DNA of 64,000 nucleotides from Marinobacter sp. (lineage in GTDB: Bacteria > Pseudomonadota > Gammaproteobacteria > Pseudomonadales > Oleiphilaceae): positions 16,919 to 80,918 of the forward strand of contig NZ_JAWLDU010000005.1 in NCBI RefSeq assembly GCF_041686475.1. Reading direction: 5' to 3'. The notes under the pieces are model-generated. The model ran no database searches and had not been told where the DNA came from. It worked only from the letters and a program-made list of their open reading frames with translations. Shown here one piece after another: positions 42,142 through 51,634 of the stretch (positions are counted from its first letter, which is position 1; the number at the start of each line of letters is the position of its first letter). Position numbers and translations under genes: made by a program.

Positions 42142-43113
42142 ATGTTACTGGCATTTGGAGCAATCATCGCCGGTCTGATTCTTCTTGTCTGGAGTGCTGA
42201 CCGATTCATTGAAGGCGCAGCGGCAACCGCAGCACACCTGGGCATGCCCTCCCTTCTGATCGGCATGGTTATCATCGGGTTCGGCACCTCGGCGCCAGAG
42301 CTGGCGGTATCTGCCATGGCTGCATTGGATGGCAATCCCGGGCTGGCATTAGGCAATGCCTATGGCTCAAACATCACCAATATTGCCGTTATCGTAGGAT
42401 TTACTGCGGTGATCGCCCCGATTGCGGTGCACTCACAGGTAATCCGCAAGGAACTGCCATTACTGCTGGTACTGACAGCAATAGCCGGTTATCAATTGAT
42501 TGATGGTGAACTGACACGCACTGATGGCTGGGTTCTTCTGGCGGTGTTCGCAATCGTAATGGGCTGGTCCATAGTCCAGGGCGTTCGCGGCAAAGGCGAC
42601 GCCCTGATCGGCGAGACCGATTCGGATCTGATCGCTCATCCCATGCCACTCAGGATTGCTCTGATCTGGCTGGCCGTCGGCCTGGTACTGCTGCTGGTCA
42701 GCTCCCGCATGCTGGTATGGGGAGCGGTATTCATCGCCCAGAGCCTGGGCGTCAGCGATCTGGTCATCGGCCTGACCATTGTCGCCATCGGCACGTCACT
42801 ACCGGAACTGGCCTCGGCCCTTGCCGCTGTCAAGAAAAACGAACATGACCTTATCCTTGGCAATATCGTGGGATCAGGCATCTTCAACACGCTCGCCGTT
42901 GTCGGCCTGGCCGCCACCATCGAGCCAATGACGGTAGACATGGAGGTTCTCTACCGCGACTGGACCTTGATGACGGCCCTCACCATCGGCCTGCTGCTGA
43001 TGAGCTTTGGCCTTAACGGTAAATCCCGGACCATCGGACGCCCCTCCGGCCTGTTACTTCTTCTGGTATACGTCGGCTACGCCAGCTACCTGGTATCAAC
43101 CGTGGTGAGCTGA
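42142..43113 (+). CDS. Calcium/sodium antiporter (YrbG, CaCA family)
   Basis: Alpha repeats GTSAPE..GSNITN and GTSLPE..GSGIFN. Confidence 0.92.
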   Translation: MLLAFGAIIAGLILLVWSADRFIEGAAATAAHLGMPSLLIGMVIIGFGTSAPELAVSAMAALDGNPGLALGNAYGSNITNIAVIVGFTAVIAPIAVHSQVIRKELPLLLVLTAIAGYQLIDGELTRTDGWVLLAVFAIVMGWSIVQGVRGKGDALIGETDSDLIAHPMPLRIALIWLAVGLVLLLVSSRMLVWGAVFIAQSLGVSDLVIGLTIVAIGTSLPELASALAAVKKNEHDLILGNIVGSGIFNTLAVVGLAATIEPMTVDMEVLYRDWTLMTALTIGLLLMSFGLNGKSRTIGRPSGLLLLLVYVGYASYLVSTVVS

Positions 43114-43123
43114 CCAGTACCGG

Positions 43124-43552
43124 TCAGTCCTGATTCTCACGGAACACCATCGCCACCGAGTTCAGGCAGTAGCGCTGACCGGTGGGCGGTGGGCCATCGG
43201 GAAACACATGCCCCAGGTGACTGTCACAGCGGGGGCAGCGGATTTCAGTGCGGACCATACCCATGCTGCTGTCATCAAGATAGCGGATATGATCGGTGTC
43301 GAAGGGCTGGAAAAAACTGGGCCAGCCCGTGCCGGAATCGAACTTGGAATCGGAACTGAACAGCGGCAGTTCACACAGCCGGCAGTAATAGACACCGGGG
43401 TTCTTGTTGTCCAGCAGGGTGCCGCAAAATGGCCGTTCGGTGCCGTGGTCCAGTAACACACGGCGTTCTTCACCGGTCAGCCCGGCGGCTTTCTCTTCAA
43501 TCTGTTCAGGTGTCAGCGGTGTCAGGTCGTAACCTGCTGCAGAAACGCTCAT
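43124..43552 (-). CDS. msrB: Methionine sulfoxide reductase B
   Basis: [29 protein letters not shown] and two CxxC zinc motifs. Confidence 0.96.
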   Translation of the reverse strand: MSVSAAGYDLTPLTPEQIEEKAAGLTGEERRVLLDHGTERPFCGTLLDNKNPGVYYCRLCELPLFSSDSKFDSGTGWPSFFQPFDTDHIRYLDDSSMGMVRTEIRCPRCDSHLGHVFPDGPPPTGQRYCLNSVAMVFRENQD

Positions 43553-43562
43553 AGCAGCCTCC

Positions 43563-44210
43563 TCAGGCAATATCATTACCGGTGTAACCGGGTTTCAGCC
43601 GGTCACCGAATGTGTCCACAAGCTTTTCCATCTTCGGTGCTGCAACAGCCATAATGTAAGGCTGATAGGGATTTCTGGCCGCAAAATTCTGGTGGTATTC
43701 CTCCGCCGGGTAGAATGCTTCCAGTGGTTCCAGGCTGGTCACCACCGGATCATCGTAGATGCCGGCCGCATCCAGTTGGCGGATATATGCCTCGGCCACC
43801 CGTCTCTGATCTTCGGTTTCGTAGAAGATGGCTGACCGGTACTGGGTGCCCCGATCATTGCCCTGTCGATTGAGCTGGGTAGGATCATGAGCCACGGAGA
43901 AAAACACTTTCAGGATCTCTCCGAAGCTGACAGTTTGCGGGTCGTATCGAACATCCACCACTTCCGCATGCCCTGTCTGGCCACTGCATACCGCTTCGTA
44001 GCTGGCAGTGTCCGCGCTGCCGCCCGCGTAGCCAGACTCGACGCCGGTAACACCGTTGACCGCCAGGAATACCGCCTCCACACACCAGAAGCAGCCACCC
44101 GCCAGCACGATTCTCTGCTCGGCATCACTGGCAGTGGGCAGGTCACTTTCCGGATCCGGGAAGCGGCTCTTGGGTACGTTCAGGCCTGGAATATTGCAAG
44201 ATGTCGACAT
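43563..44210 (-). CDS. msrA: Methionine sulfoxide reductase A
   Basis: [23 protein letters not shown] and AEEYHQ motifs. Confidence 0.96.
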   Translation of the reverse strand: MSTSCNIPGLNVPKSRFPDPESDLPTASDAEQRIVLAGGCFWCVEAVFLAVNGVTGVESGYAGGSADTASYEAVCSGQTGHAEVVDVRYDPQTVSFGEILKVFFSVAHDPTQLNRQGNDRGTQYRSAIFYETEDQRRVAEAYIRQLDAAGIYDDPVVTSLEPLEAFYPAEEYHQNFAARNPYQPYIMAVAAPKMEKLVDTFGDRLKPGYTGNDIA

Positions 44211-44306
44211 ATCAGCTTCTGCCTCTGAGTCATTACCAATGGTTCACTCACGCTTTGGCCAAGTGTGGCTTGACTGACCCGTTTTGACTACCCCTGACCG
44301 CCCTGA

Positions 44307-45506
44307 TCAGAAAAGCATCAAACCTGCCAGAGCGCTCAGGGGCGCAAGAATCCACACTGGCACCCGCCAGACAGCCAGACTGACCCAGGTAAGCAGGACA
44401 AAAGCAATTGCGCCGGAACTATTTACGGCGGAAGTCCAGACCGGATCATAAAGTGCTGCCAGTAACAGCCCGACGACGCCGGCATTCACGCCAGCAAGTG
44501 CCGCTCGGGCAACCTCGTGGCTGCGAATGTAGGACCACAGGGGGAGACCGGCAAACACCAGCAGGGTTCCCGGCAGGAAAACAGCAACGACAGCTACCGC
44601 GGCGCCTGCCAAGCCACCTTCGGTACCACCGAGAAACGCAGAAAACGAAAACAGCGGGCCCGGCATCGCCTGGGCAACACCGTAACCGGCGAGGAAGGTA
44701 TCTGCCGGCATATTGCCGGAAGCCACGAAGCCTTCCTGCAACCACGGCAATACAACGTGACCGCCACCAAAGACGAGTGCACCGGCACGATACAGTTCGG
44801 CCCATATCCAGCCGAGGGAATCCGAAGCCAGCGGCAGGAACGCCAACAGCAGCAACACCACGAAAACCGCGAAGAAAACCATGGGGCGTCGGGTCTGCAT
44901 CGGTATGGTCAACGCTTCTTCAGACTGTTTCTGCGGCAGTTTCAGCGCCACACCCGCAGCGCCTGCCATAAGCAGGGCCAGAATCTGCATCCAGGTTGCC
45001 CCCACCGTCAGCAACAGTATCGCTACCATCATCGCTATGGATAACCGCGGAGAGTCCGGGCACAGACTACGGCCCATCTGCCATACGGCCTGGGCAACCA
45101 CTGCCACTACGAAAAGCTTCAGGCCAGTAATCCAGCCGCCCTCACCGGCATCTGGCCACAACCCCAGCCCCATGGCAAACAACGTCATCAACAGGGCCGA
45201 TGGCAGCGTGAAACCAAACCACGCTGCCGCAGCGCCGCTGTACCCTCGTTGCAGGAATCCGAGGGTCAAACCCACCTGGCTGGAGGCAGGCCCTGGTAAT
45301 AACTGGCACAATGCGACCACCTCGCCATAGGCGGAGTCGGACAACCAGCGCCGGCGTTTTACGAATTCCTCGTGAAAGAACCCCAGATGAGCCGCCGGAC
45401 CACCAAACGAGGTCAGGCCCAGACGCAGGAACAACAAAAAAATCTGCCAGGCAGGTAAGGCTCCTGCATAAACATCTTTCGACATGGAACTCTCTGTCTG
45501 TGACAA
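44307..45506 (-). CDS. chrA: Chromate ion transporter (CHR family, long chain)
   Basis: SFGGPAAH/LPGPASSQ and VFGGGHVVLP/AMPGPLF repeats. Confidence 0.92.
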   Translation of the reverse strand: MSQTESSMSKDVYAGALPAWQIFLLFLRLGLTSFGGPAAHLGFFHEEFVKRRRWLSDSAYGEVVALCQLLPGPASSQVGLTLGFLQRGYSGAAAAWFGFTLPSALLMTLFAMGLGLWPDAGEGGWITGLKLFVVAVVAQAVWQMGRSLCPDSPRLSIAMMVAILLLTVGATWMQILALLMAGAAGVALKLPQKQSEEALTIPMQTRRPMVFFAVFVVLLLLAFLPLASDSLGWIWAELYRAGALVFGGGHVVLPWLQEGFVASGNMPADTFLAGYGVAQAMPGPLFSFSAFLGGTEGGLAGAAVAVVAVFLPGTLLVFAGLPLWSYIRSHEVARAALAGVNAGVVGLLLAALYDPVWTSAVNSSGAIAFVLLTWVSLAVWRVPVWILAPLSALAGLMLF

Positions 45507-45630
45507 CGTTTAGTATGAAGGATGAACATTATGACGTGCCTGTTGCATCACTCCCAGACCCAACCATAATGAAGGAACGTGTTGACCGGATCGTGACAGG
45601 AAACGTTCACAACAACCAACAGGATGAGTA

Positions 45631-46605
45631 ATGACTGCCCGGGCACATACACCAGAAAATCAGAACGAGCTGCTGGAATACCGTCTGAGCCTCCGGCTTG
45701 GCCCGGTTCACGCCCGCCAGCGTCTCGGCATCGAACAGGAAGCAGAGTCAAAAGTTTTCGGGCCGGACCGGCACTCGTTCCATCTTGAGAATATCACCTC
45801 CGCACCGCGGTTTATCAGCACCTGCCTGAAACTGGCCGGCCTGTTCCGGCGGGGCCAGGCTAATAGCCGCCGCCTCGACACCGTACACAACCGATTTCAC
45901 ATCACTGGCCTTCCTGCCGCGTTCGAAGGCTACAGGATACTGCAACTGACCGACCTTCATGTGGATATGGACGAGGCCAACCTGCAAGCGGTGATCAACC
46001 GGATCAAGCCGCTTGAGTACGATCTGTGCGTGCTCACCGGTGATTACCGACGCCGAACCTGGGGGCCGATCGAAGATGCCATGGAGGGCATGGCAAGGCT
46101 GAGGGATGCCATCCAGGGCAAGGCCTATGCCGTGCTGGGCAATCATGACAGCGTGCGCATGGTGCCCGGCCTCGAGGATATGGGCTACCACCTGTTGATG
46201 AACGAGCATGCAATACTGCAGAGAGGTGAGGACAGGCTGTACCTCGCCGGGGTAGATGATGCCCATTTCTACAAGGTTCACAATCTTCACAAGGCCGGTG
46301 ATGAAATCCCGCCTGGCGGCATCAGCCTGTTGCTCAGCCATACTCCGGAAATCTGGCGGGAAGCCGCCCATGCCGGCTATGACGTTTTTCTCTGTGGTCA
46401 TACCCATGGCGGGCAGATCTGCCTGCCCGGCGGTTTTCCCGTCACCCTGGATTCCGATTGCCCACGGGAGCTGGGCCGCGGGTACTGGCGCCGCAACGGC
46501 ATGCAGGGTTACACCTCACCGGGAACCGGCACATCGGTGGTCAACGTGCGTCTGAATTGCCCGCCGGAAGTAACCCTGCACACGCTCACCGGCGGGCCGG
46601 GCTAG
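45631..46605 (+). CDS. Calcineurin-like metallophosphoesterase (YkuE/YaeI-like)
   Basis: DLH, TGD, GNHD, LSH and GHTHGGQ motifs. Confidence 0.9.
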   Translation: MTARAHTPENQNELLEYRLSLRLGPVHARQRLGIEQEAESKVFGPDRHSFHLENITSAPRFISTCLKLAGLFRRGQANSRRLDTVHNRFHITGLPAAFEGYRILQLTDLHVDMDEANLQAVINRIKPLEYDLCVLTGDYRRRTWGPIEDAMEGMARLRDAIQGKAYAVLGNHDSVRMVPGLEDMGYHLLMNEHAILQRGEDRLYLAGVDDAHFYKVHNLHKAGDEIPPGGISLLLSHTPEIWREAAHAGYDVFLCGHTHGGQICLPGGFPVTLDSDCPRELGRGYWRRNGMQGYTSPGTGTSVVNVRLNCPPEVTLHTLTGGPG

Positions 46606-46615
46606 TACAGCGGGA

Positions 46616-47098
46616 TCAGTGGGGCTGGTGGCGAATACCCAATCGGTAGAGAACCGGCGACAGAAGTATATTGGAGACGGTGAACAGCACCACAACACCG
46701 GCCACCACAAACCAGCTCAGTTCCAGCCAGTACCACGCCATCACCATCGGCAGAAGCGCCTCGGGAATCTGGTCCAGGCCGATGGCGCGGGCACTGGAGG
46801 CCAGGCCGGCACGGCGTTTGATAAAGCTGCTGACCATGTCTCCGACCAGCCCCAGCAATCCAAACAACAGGCCGAACAGGAACCCCTGCCCGGTTATCAG
46901 CGAAAACAGCCCGCAGGCCAGCACACCGGAGACGACACCCCGCCAGGTTTTGCTTTTCCCCAACACCGGCCGGCCGTCGCGCCACTGTCGCCCGCCATCC
47001 ACCGCCGCAGACCAGCGCTCTCCCAGCATCAGCGCGGCGACCACCGGTGCGCCGTTTGCCAGCACCAGCATAACGAAGAGCTCGAGTGAAATCAGCAA
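46616..47098 (-). CDS. CDP-archaeol synthase (CarS/DUF46)-like membrane cytidylyltransferase
   Basis: ANGAP, DGGRQWRDGRPVLGKSKTWRG, GDMVSSFIKRR and LDQ motifs; hydrophobic. Confidence 0.8.
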   Translation of the reverse strand: MLISLELFVMLVLANGAPVVAALMLGERWSAAVDGGRQWRDGRPVLGKSKTWRGVVSGVLACGLFSLITGQGFLFGLLFGLLGLVGDMVSSFIKRRAGLASSARAIGLDQIPEALLPMVMAWYWLELSWFVVAGVVVLFTVSNILLSPVLYRLGIRHQPH

Positions 47099-47142
47099 AC
47101 TGCCCAGCCTCCGTCAGGTGCCGCCCATTGGACGGTTGTTTG

Positions 47143-48519
47143 TCAGCTTACGCCGCCCTTGGTCAGCTTCAGCGGATCCATCAATTCTTCCAGCCGCTCC
47201 CGGTCAAGACCGCTACGCTCTTCCGCAACGTCAATGATCGGCCTTCCGCTCTGATAGGCTTCCTTGGCAATGTCCGAAGCCAGGCTGTAACCGATCTCGG
47301 GATTCAAAGCCGTAACCAGGACCGGATTCTTGCCAACCGCTGCATTCAGATGCTCGGTATTCACGGTGAAATCGCGGATCGCCTTGTCGCCCAGCATTGT
47401 GGATGCGTTGCTCAGCAGCTCCATCATATCCAGCAGGTTCGCCCCCACCAGCGGCAGCATCACATTGAGCTGGAAGTTTCCGGACTGCCCGGCGATGGCA
47501 ATGCTGCTGTCCAGGCCCATGACCTGGGCACCTACCATGGCTACGGACTCAGGTATCACCGGGTTCACCTTACCCGGCATGATACTGCTGCCTGGCTGTA
47601 GCGCCGGCAGGCTTATTTCAGCCAGACCGTGAATCGGGCCACTGTTCATCCAGCGCAGGTCATTGGCAATTTTGGTGAGCACAATGGCCAGGCCCCGGAG
47701 CTGCGACGACAGCGCTACCGGCGCATCAATGGCACTCTGCCCTACAAATTTGTGCTCCAGCGAGTGGAAATGGTAGCCGGTGTTGGATTTGAGGAATTTG
47801 ACAAACTGCTCCGGGAATTCGTGCAACGCGTTCACACCGGTTCCGACCGCCGTTCCCCCCTGGGGAATCATGAGCAGATCGTCAGCCGCAGAAGCCAGAC
47901 GCTTCTCTGTTGCCAGCAACTGCTCCCTCCAGGTTCGCAGCTCCTGGCCAAGGGTGACGGGCATTGCATCCATCAGGTGGGTACGACCGGTTTTGACCTG
48001 ATCTGAATACAGCGCCTCACGCTCGTAAATAACGCCACACAGGTGAGTCATTGCCGGTATCAGGCGTTCGTGAATCCCACTCACGGCGCTGACATGGATC
48101 GCCGTGGGAATCACATCGTTGGAGCTCTGGCTCATGTTGACGTGATCGTTGGGGTGGATCTCGACACCCTCCTGCCGGGCCAGTGCGGCGATTACCTCGT
48201 TCACGTTCATGTTGGTGCTGGTACCGGAGCCGGTCTGGTAACGATCAACGGGGAACTGGTCAGAGCACTCACCGCTGAGTATGCGATTCCCCGCTGCCAC
48301 GATGGCATCACGGACCTCGTTGTCCAGCAATCCAAGACTGGCATTGGCGTCAGCTGCCGCCTGTTTTACCCGAACCACCGCAGCAATGAAGGCGGACGGC
48401 ATGGGCAGGCCACTGACCGGGAAGTTTTCCACCGCTCTCTGGGTCTGGGCTCCCCATAAAGCGTTTTCGGGAACATGAACTTCTCCCAGGCTGTCTTTTT
48501 CCGTCCTGAACGTGGTCAT
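47143..48519 (-). CDS. fumC: Class II fumarate hydratase
   Basis: WGAQTQR, QTGSGTSTNMN, GRTHLMDA and GSSIMPGKVNP motifs. Confidence 0.95.
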   Translation of the reverse strand: MTTFRTEKDSLGEVHVPENALWGAQTQRAVENFPVSGLPMPSAFIAAVVRVKQAAADANASLGLLDNEVRDAIVAAGNRILSGECSDQFPVDRYQTGSGTSTNMNVNEVIAALARQEGVEIHPNDHVNMSQSSNDVIPTAIHVSAVSGIHERLIPAMTHLCGVIYEREALYSDQVKTGRTHLMDAMPVTLGQELRTWREQLLATEKRLASAADDLLMIPQGGTAVGTGVNALHEFPEQFVKFLKSNTGYHFHSLEHKFVGQSAIDAPVALSSQLRGLAIVLTKIANDLRWMNSGPIHGLAEISLPALQPGSSIMPGKVNPVIPESVAMVGAQVMGLDSSIAIAGQSGNFQLNVMLPLVGANLLDMMELLSNASTMLGDKAIRDFTVNTEHLNAAVGKNPVLVTALNPEIGYSLASDIAKEAYQSGRPIIDVAEERSGLDRERLEELMDPLKLTKGGVS

Positions 48520-48689
48520 GACATTCTCCTCATCGGCCAGACGCGACTATTCGTTGATCGGGGACTTCAGTCTGACATGGTCGCAAATGCCGGTAACCCG
48601 ATCAAAACTCAGAACCAGAGTGTGAACCGTGTTGGTGCCCTTGTCATGCAAGCGGAATTCAACCCGACCAGGCATTAGAGTGTAGACCG

Positions 48690-50441
48690 TCAATCCCGTT
48701 CAGGGTTCAGGGATGCCAAAAGGCTGGTCAACAGCGCTCTCAGGCGGTTTGGTTTCACCGGCTTGTTGAGGATGGGCAGGTATTGGGCAGTAATCAGCCG
48801 GCGGGTGTCATCACTGCGGTCAGCGGTAAGTACTGCTGCAGGGATATCACGATCAAAGTGACGACGCACGGTATGGATTGCCTCGCATCCGGTCAGCTCG
48901 TCATCGAGGTGAAAATCCGCGAGGATAATGTCGGTGCTCTGACAGTATTCCATGGCGCTGGCAGCGCTTCCTGCCGTGACTACCTGGCAGCCCCAGCGCG
49001 CCAGTAACGCGCGCATACTCTCCTGCACCGGCTCTTCATTGTCGATGACCAGAACCTGCAGCCCTCCAAAGGAAGACGATGCCGGCATTGGTGTTTCCCG
49101 GTCGGGAAGTCCGGCAGGCAACTGCGCCACGCTGGTCAGGGGGATAAGAACGCTGAAACAGGAGCCCCTGCCATAGACCGATTCCACCCGGATTTCGCAC
49201 CGCAGTACCCGGGCCATCCGCTCAACAATGGCCAGTCCAAGGCCAACGCCCTGCCGGCTGCCGCCCTTGGGTAATATCTGTTGAAACTCCCGGAAAATAT
49301 CCTCGAGCTTCGCCTTTTCGATGCCAATGCCGGTATCCCAGACTCCGATTTCCAGGTTCGGGCCGCGCTTTCGGGCCGCAAACAGGACGCCGCCCTCGGC
49401 AGTGTAGCGGAAGGCATTGCTCAACAGGTTTCTGAGTATCCGTGTCAGCATTCGAGGGTCTGTACGGACCCTGCCCACTCCCACCCGTACCCGGAAATTC
49501 AGTTCCGCATTTTCAGCTAATGGTTCAAATTCCTCGGCCAGACCCCGCATCAGTGCACCGATGTCGGTGTGGACGTAATCCGCCTGCATGGCTTTCTGGT
49601 CCAGCTTGGAAATATCCAGAAGATCCGCCAGCAAATCTTCTGCGCTCTCCAGAGAGCGCTGTACCCGCTGCACGAGGCGGCTTTCGTCCACAGGCAGATT
49701 GCTGTCGATCAGGGCGGAGACCAGAAGGCGTGCCGCGTTCAGGGGCTGCAGCAGGTCATGGCTGGCCGCCGCCAGGTACTTGTCCTTGCTTTCATTGGCG
49801 TCCCGCGCAGCGTCCACGGCCACAACCAGTTCCTGTTCCACCTTTTCCCGCTGTTCAATCTGGTACCGCAATACCACATTGGCGTTCTGCAGTTCGTCGG
49901 TGCGTTCCTCTACCCGGCGCTCCAGATCGGCATTGAGCTGGCGCAGCTTTTCCCGGGCCTGATGGCGTTCGGTAATGTCGGCAACAAACGCCTCAACCAC
50001 TTCCGGCCCAAGGTCAGGACGCCTCAGCAGTGTAATCGCAACATGCACGGGCGTATTGTCCGCGCGCCTCAGCCGGGCTTCCCGGGCGCTGAGACTGCCG
50101 TGATCCAGGAGTTCCTGGCGGATAACGTCAAACTCTCCAGAACTGCAGAACAGCTGCTCCCGCAGGCGAACAACACGGGTTATCAGCTCTTCAACACTGT
50201 CATAGCCGCACATACGGGCCATCGCAGGATTGGCGGCCACAAAGCCACCCCTGAGGTTGGCCTGAAAGATACCGTGAAGGGCATTTTCAAACAGCCACTT
50301 GTACCGGTTGCGCTCCTTCTCCAGCTCCTCTATGCGGTCCTGGAGCGCCGGATAGTAGTTCTTGCGGACCGACTGGCTGCCAAGGCCGAGCAGATCCCCG
50401 ATACCATAGCCGGTATCTCCGGAATCAGAGGGCTTCTTCAT
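48690..50441 (-). CDS. PAS-domain hybrid histidine kinase, ErcS/NahK type
   Basis: PAS domain, H-box SHDLLQPL, N/G boxes and a C-terminal receiver domain; ATG at 50441 overlaps the end of ercA. Confidence 0.88.
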   Translation of the reverse strand: MKKPSDSGDTGYGIGDLLGLGSQSVRKNYYPALQDRIEELEKERNRYKWLFENALHGIFQANLRGGFVAANPAMARMCGYDSVEELITRVVRLREQLFCSSGEFDVIRQELLDHGSLSAREARLRRADNTPVHVAITLLRRPDLGPEVVEAFVADITERHQAREKLRQLNADLERRVEERTDELQNANVVLRYQIEQREKVEQELVVAVDAARDANESKDKYLAAASHDLLQPLNAARLLVSALIDSNLPVDESRLVQRVQRSLESAEDLLADLLDISKLDQKAMQADYVHTDIGALMRGLAEEFEPLAENAELNFRVRVGVGRVRTDPRMLTRILRNLLSNAFRYTAEGGVLFAARKRGPNLEIGVWDTGIGIEKAKLEDIFREFQQILPKGGSRQGVGLGLAIVERMARVLRCEIRVESVYGRGSCFSVLIPLTSVAQLPAGLPDRETPMPASSSFGGLQVLVIDNEEPVQESMRALLARWGCQVVTAGSAASAMEYCQSTDIILADFHLDDELTGCEAIHTVRRHFDRDIPAAVLTADRSDDTRRLITAQYLPILNKPVKPNRLRALLTSLLASLNPERD

Positions 50442-51588
50442 AGACGACTTCGACATCACGACGGGAAGACTTGCGGGGATTGGTGAGAATGCAGGGATCC
50501 TGCAGCGCAAAGCCCGACAGGTAAGGAATGTCCGATGTGGTCACACCCAGCTTGGCCAGTTTCGCCTCCAGACCCACGGCCCGCTTGAGCGTGATGATCC
50601 GCTCCATCAGCCGCTGTTTGATGACCGGTTTCGACATCCCCCGGGTGTCAATATCCATGGCCTCGGCCACCCGCCTGAAGCGTTCTTCTGCAGAGGTGTA
50701 GTTATAGGCCACCACGTGCTCCAGCAACAGCGCATTACAGAGCCCGTGGGGAAGATCCAGGAAGCCTCCCAGGCTGTGGGACATGGCGTGGACCGCGCCC
50801 AGAATTGCATTGGAAAACGCCAGTCCGGCCTGCATGGACGCCAGCATGATCTGCTCACGCAGGTGGGCGTCCGCGGTGTTGAGCACCAGCGGTTCCAGAT
50901 TTCGGTTGATCAGCCGGATTGCTTCCAGCGCATTGGTATCGGTGAGCGGCCCGCTGCCGGTGGAAACGAAGGCCTCAATGGCGTGCACCAGGGCATCGAC
51001 ACCGGTGCAGGCCGTCAGGAAGCCGTCCATGGTCTCCGTGACTTCCGGATCGATCAGCGCCACATCCGGCACCACCGCCTTGCTGATAATGGAGAATTTG
51101 AAGCGCCGGTTGGGGTCGGAAATGATCGCAAACTGGGAAACATCCGCGGAGGTGCCGGCGGTGGTGGGGATCAGGATCATCGGCGGCGACGGCGAGGTGA
51201 TGGTATCCACGCCCTCAAAATCGAGGATGCTCTGGCCATGGGCGCTGACAATGCCAATCCCCTTGGCGCAGTCCATGGGGCTGCCACCGCCAATGGCAAC
51301 GATGACATCACACTCGCCGGAGCGGTAAAGCTCTGCGCCGGCCATGACTTCGTCCACTTTGGGGTTGGGCGAGACGCCGGTAAACACCGTGACACGAATG
51401 CCGGCTGCCACCAGGATGTCCACGATTTCCGTCACCCAGCCGGCTTTTTCCACGCCGGGGTCCGACACCAGGAACACCTGCCGGGCGCCAAAGTTACTGG
51501 CAAAATTGGCCACGGCTTTGCGGGAACCTGCACCAAAAACGATTTCAGGGGAAACAAACTTGCGCAGAGCGGAAATATCGTAGCTCAT
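50425..51588 (-). CDS. ercA: Iron-containing alcohol-dehydrogenase-like regulatory protein ErcA
   Basis: LRKFVSPEIVFGAG, GGGSPMD, TTAGTSADVSQF, HAMSH and HG motifs; sits between the pqq genes and the hybrid kinase as in Pseudomonas. Confidence 0.85.
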   Translation of the reverse strand: MSYDISALRKFVSPEIVFGAGSRKAVANFASNFGARQVFLVSDPGVEKAGWVTEIVDILVAAGIRVTVFTGVSPNPKVDEVMAGAELYRSGECDVIVAIGGGSPMDCAKGIGIVSAHGQSILDFEGVDTITSPSPPMILIPTTAGTSADVSQFAIISDPNRRFKFSIISKAVVPDVALIDPEVTETMDGFLTACTGVDALVHAIEAFVSTGSGPLTDTNALEAIRLINRNLEPLVLNTADAHLREQIMLASMQAGLAFSNAILGAVHAMSHSLGGFLDLPHGLCNALLLEHVVAYNYTSAEERFRRVAEAMDIDTRGMSKPVIKQRLMERIITLKRAVGLEAKLAKLGVTTSDIPYLSGFALQDPCILTNPRKSSRRDVEVVYEEAL

Positions 51589-51634
51589 GGGCGTTCTCTT
51601 CGGCGATGCTGTTGTTATTGTAGCGGACTCAAGT

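Noticed and set aside
42060-42145. Possible yybP-ykoY (Mn2+) riboswitch before the Ca/Na antiporter
   Set aside because: The few similar words (GAGTAGCC, GAGAC) are on the wrong strand and too close together to form the aptamer.
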